Shown here piece after piece: positions 61,228 to 64,000 of a stretch of DNA of 64,000 bases. The DNA is from a virus. Below the pieces are notes generated by a model. The model was not told the origin of the DNA and made no database searches. It saw only the letters and a program-made list of their open reading frames with translations. How positions within the stretch are numbered: position 1 is the stretch's first letter; the number at the start of each line of letters is the position of its first letter. Position numbers and translations under genes: made by a program. The stretch spans positions 1 through 64,000 of the IMG/VR virus record IMGVR_UViG_3300033485_000003. One strand, written 5' to 3'.

Positions 61228-62712
61228 TCACATCCTCACCATTTTCACCGGCCCGTAAATGTCCTCAAAAATCCTCTTGCGAGCCAATGCGTGTGCGTGT
61301 ACCGTGCGGATGTTTGTGACGTCAAAATCGATGATGTTGCACGACGTCTTGTTGAGGGGCTTGAAGGGGCGTGTACAACGACCTACACCTTGACGAACCT
61401 CCACTTCGGATTTACCCCCTCTGAGATAAATCATCGTTTTTACACTTTTGAAGTCAGTGCCCACACTGACGCACGATGTAGCTACGAGTATAGGGAACTC
61501 CGACGCATTGAATTGTTTAACGAGCGAGTCGTTGTCGCACTCGTGGTATTTTTCCGGGACTTTCGACTTGTTATCGGCCAACGGCCCGTGGGCGAAGCGA
61601 ACTTCATGTTGGAAGTGCGGTAGAAGTTCGGAAAACTGAGAGACCTCGTCAACCAGTATAAGTACCTGGTGTTTCGACACCGCCACACTCTGGTTAGCGA
61701 TAGCCGCCGCCCTCTTAAAAACTTCTGGATTGTAAAAGAAGTGCTTGCGGGTCATCTCATTCGGATCTGAACTTTCGAACTCGACGTGAGACTGCACAGG
61801 AACCATGAAGAACACCGGCTTGGCGAGGTAACCGCCATCAACGCCTTGACGTACGGTCAGTTCGAGCACGGTATGCCCCGTCAATGAGTCCAAAAGTTTG
61901 CCAGATCCGTCCCCACGAATTTGGGTGGCCGAAAAGCTGAATCTATACGGGGCGTTTGCGACTACACCTAGTGCAACTTTCTCAAAAGTGGTCGCCGCGA
62001 TTGTGTGCGACTCGTCTGTAATAAAAACCTCACACTTGGAAAGATCTTCCCATTCTTTCGTACCGACCTCAACCCGAGTCAAGGATTGCCCAGTGCCGAT
62101 GACGAACAACTTGCCGGCTTCCTTCTTGCCTCCGTAGAACTTGCCAACGTACTTTTTCCCGAAATGCTTGACGAAGTCTTCATAGAGTTGCCCCGAAATG
62201 CTAGCAGAAGGCGCCATAATGACTGTCTTAAGTCCGAGTGCTTTAACCAAAAGCAATGCGCAAAAACTTTTCCCGGTGCCGGTCGCAAGCTCCACTCGCG
62301 CATGCTTTGCTTCCAACAACCTATCTCGCGCTTCAGTTTGGTATGGGTAGGGCGTGCGGTCCGGAACGACCGCCCACGGGATTGTTTTAGGTTCTGGGTA
62401 AACCACCTTGTTAGTTACCGTGCAGCCGTATTTCGATTTTAAGGCCTCTAGCAGCCCGCTGTTGACGTAATGACGTCCGGACCCATCTCGGCTTAGGAGG
62501 CACACCTTCTGACTCGCCTGAAGCTCAGCCAGGCGGGCTGCGTAGGCTTCCGCACCAAACTTGTGGGCGAACCAGGTCGCGTGCTGTAACTTCTTGAGTT
62601 CGAAAGCCACCGAAGTGTCGGTGTAGGTAAGTTCTTCTTGAAGTGACTTCAGCTCAGACGGCGTCGCGTCGTCGACGTACAGCTTCGTAGGGGTCTCGAG
62701 AGTGAGTTTCAT
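61228..62712 (-). CDS. SF2 (UvsW-like) DNA helicase
   Basis: PYPYQ, ATGTGKS, DESH, SAT and QGVGRCTR. Start re-assigned to MKLTLETP (ATGA overlap). Confidence 0.88.
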   Translation of the reverse strand: MKLTLETPTKLYVDDATPSELKSLQEELTYTDTSVAFELKKLQHATWFAHKFGAEAYAARLAELQASQKVCLLSRDGSGRHYVNSGLLEALKSKYGCTVTNKVVYPEPKTIPWAVVPDRTPYPYQTEARDRLLEAKHARVELATGTGKSFCALLLVKALGLKTVIMAPSASISGQLYEDFVKHFGKKYVGKFYGGKKEAGKLFVIGTGQSLTRVEVGTKEWEDLSKCEVFITDESHTIAATTFEKVALGVVANAPYRFSFSATQIRGDGSGKLLDSLTGHTVLELTVRQGVDGGYLAKPVFFMVPVQSHVEFESSDPNEMTRKHFFYNPEVFKRAAAIANQSVAVSKHQVLILVDEVSQFSELLPHFQHEVRFAHGPLADNKSKVPEKYHECDNDSLVKQFNASEFPILVATSCVSVGTDFKSVKTMIYLRGGKSEVEVRQGVGRCTRPFKPLNKTSCNIIDFDVTNIRTVHAHALARKRIFEDIYGPVKMVRM

Positions 62713-63002
62713 TGCACAACCCCCACGAAATCTCCAAAAGACATACCACTGTGCTCTGAATAGGTAGCGAGCCATAGCTTGAGAGCGCTCTTGACGTCAA
62801 AACCTTGCCAATCGGGCGAGTTAAGAAGTTCGACAAACCGTCGCTCATTTTCAAATTCAAGAGACTCAACTCTGTTCAACGGCGCTTCGAACAACTCCAT
62901 AAAACAGTTCCCATCACAGCACTTCGGAATGCTCTCGGCGTAAGCCGCCAGCAAATTCGCCATGTCAACAAATGTTTTGGGAGTCTCGAGAGTGATCTTC
63001 AT
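62709..63002 (-). CDS. Hypothetical protein with shared C-terminal tag
   Basis: Starts MKITLETP; ends KLWLATYSEHSGMSFGDF. Confidence 0.65.
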   Translation of the reverse strand: MKITLETPKTFVDMANLLAAYAESIPKCCDGNCFMELFEAPLNRVESLEFENERRFVELLNSPDWQGFDVKSALKLWLATYSEHSGMSFGDFVGVVQ

Positions 63003-63145
63003 GACTTTTTCTCCGCGCAATACCAAAAGTTGGCCCACCAATTCGATGTTGGTTTAATCCCGTAGCACTGGTTCGTCAAGTCAACCCCTCGAACAAACCA
63101 AGGTTGGTGGCGGGTGGTCCACAGGTATTTTGCCAGTGCAATCAT
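62999..63145 (-). CDS. Small Trp-rich ORF (48 aa)
   Basis: MIALAKYLWT...; ATGA overlaps on both sides. Confidence 0.45.
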   Translation of the reverse strand: MIALAKYLWTTRHQPWFVRGVDLTNQCYGIKPTSNWWANFWYCAEKKS

Positions 63146-63711
63146 AGCAATCCAAACACGAAGTTCTGAACCGCCAGGAGGCGATCCGTGGGGGTACCGC
63201 AAACGTCGATGACCTTGAAGGACGGCAAACTCGCGATAAGCTCTGGAATCTGCCGCTGGACGGCCTGGGATTGTTCCTGCGAGTGCACTCGGTTCGGGTC
63301 CACAGACCAAACGCGAGAGATAGGCGCAGCGAGGAAGGTCGCCGAGGTGATGCTCAGCGAACGCGCCACGTACTCTTGGACTTCAGCCGCCGTACGACGA
63401 GCAGAGCTCATGTACAAGAGCGAATTGATTGGACTTGAGTCCGAGATGACCAACACCTTTGGGCCACAACTCGTCACGAAAGTTTCATCCACCTCGAGCT
63501 GCTGACGCATGATGGCGAACTGGTCGCTATCGTCGAGGGGTGGGAATTGCTCTGGCGTTAGCGCCAGTTGAAGCTTCTTACGGGCAATATACAACCGCGC
63601 CTGCTCCCCAGAGAGCTCGCACAGGACGCCAGCCTCCTTCAGGGAAGCAAACAACATCGCGGCGGTGGTGGTCTTACCCGAGGACGGAGAACCGATGAAG
63701 TTAATTAACAT
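63142..63711 (-). CDS. P-loop nucleotide kinase (NadR/AAA_28-like)
   Basis: INFIGSPSSGKTT, E.AR, ISDS and D.NR lid. Confidence 0.7.
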   Translation of the reverse strand: MLINFIGSPSSGKTTTAAMLFASLKEAGVLCELSGEQARLYIARKKLQLALTPEQFPPLDDSDQFAIMRQQLEVDETFVTSCGPKVLVISDSSPINSLLYMSSARRTAAEVQEYVARSLSITSATFLAAPISRVWSVDPNRVHSQEQSQAVQRQIPELIASLPSFKVIDVCGTPTDRLLAVQNFVFGLL

Positions 63712-63717
63712 TCCACA

Positions 63718-63727
63718 AGTATACCAC
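63718..63727 (-). promoter_or_regulatory. Extended -10 promoter, probably leaderless
   Basis: GTGGTATACT-N6-ATG. Confidence 0.6.
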
Positions 63728-63931
63728 GTTTGGAAGCGGAATCCACCTGTCCGTTCGGAGGAACTTCTTTCTTGCTTTGAGGCTCTGAATGATGTATTGG
63801 ATTTCTCGTGAATTCTTATTGTATTTGAGGCTCGTCTCGTTTGCTTTAAGGACCATTCAATGTCTTACATCATCTTACAGTACGTCGGTCGGACGTCGTC
63901 GGCTTTTCTGCGACGACGAAGTCGGCTCCGC

Positions 63932-63974
63932 TGAACCTTAAGGATGATCCTTAAGTGATCCTTAAATGATCCTT
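63932..63974. repeat. Four tandem TGA(T/A)CCTT(AA) repeats, iteron-like
   Basis: tgaaccttaagga tgatccttaag tgatccttaaa tgatcctt in a largely non-coding region. Confidence 0.75.
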
Positions 63975-64000
63975 CGCTCCAATTTTCGAGCCTCTACGCC

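Noticed and set aside
61228-62775. Track starts for several ORFs (helicase 62775, also 56105, 45893, 44747, 22340, 22099)
   Set aside because: Downstream starts have SD sites, ATGA coupling or promoter spacing; the extensions overlap neighbouring genes.

Overview
This window is part of a large lytic tailed-phage genome (myovirus-like, standard genetic code). No capsid, terminase-large, tRNA or CRISPR features are visible. The + strand (1.36-22.9 kb) is a late module: a gpF-like head protein, a 1874-aa baseplate J, fibre/LamG/Kelch proteins, a tube-like protein, a holin and a GH108 endolysin. Almost everything else is on the - strand and is early/middle: Rnl2 RNA ligase, ClpP, DnaB-like helicase, primase, RecA/UvsX, gp32-like SSB, DnaE, class II RNR, dUTPase, RuvC, SbcCD, GroEL plus a divergent GroES, a sigma factor, an SF2 helicase and many small ORFs. 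Mobile elements are three LAGLIDADG inteins (helicase, DnaE, RNR) and a 1.5-kb IS200/IS605 element with a disrupted tnpA but intact tnpB. Best candidates for undescribed biology: (1) a late-transcription system made of a sigma70 that ends just before the region-4.2 HTH, a separate small sigma4.2-like protein, a Gre-like factor, and a -10-only promoter AATCTT-N5-T that fires mostly leaderless mRNAs; (2) five small proteins with different bodies that share one C-terminal tag, (R/K)L(W/Y)...(Y/H)x(G/N)MxLx(E/D)F; (3) an in-frame 90-nt stop-containing insert that splits a baseplate gene; (4) a 96-nt structured RNA candidate; (5) a candidate spanin of reversed topology. All family assignments come from motif recognition by eye; no searches were run.
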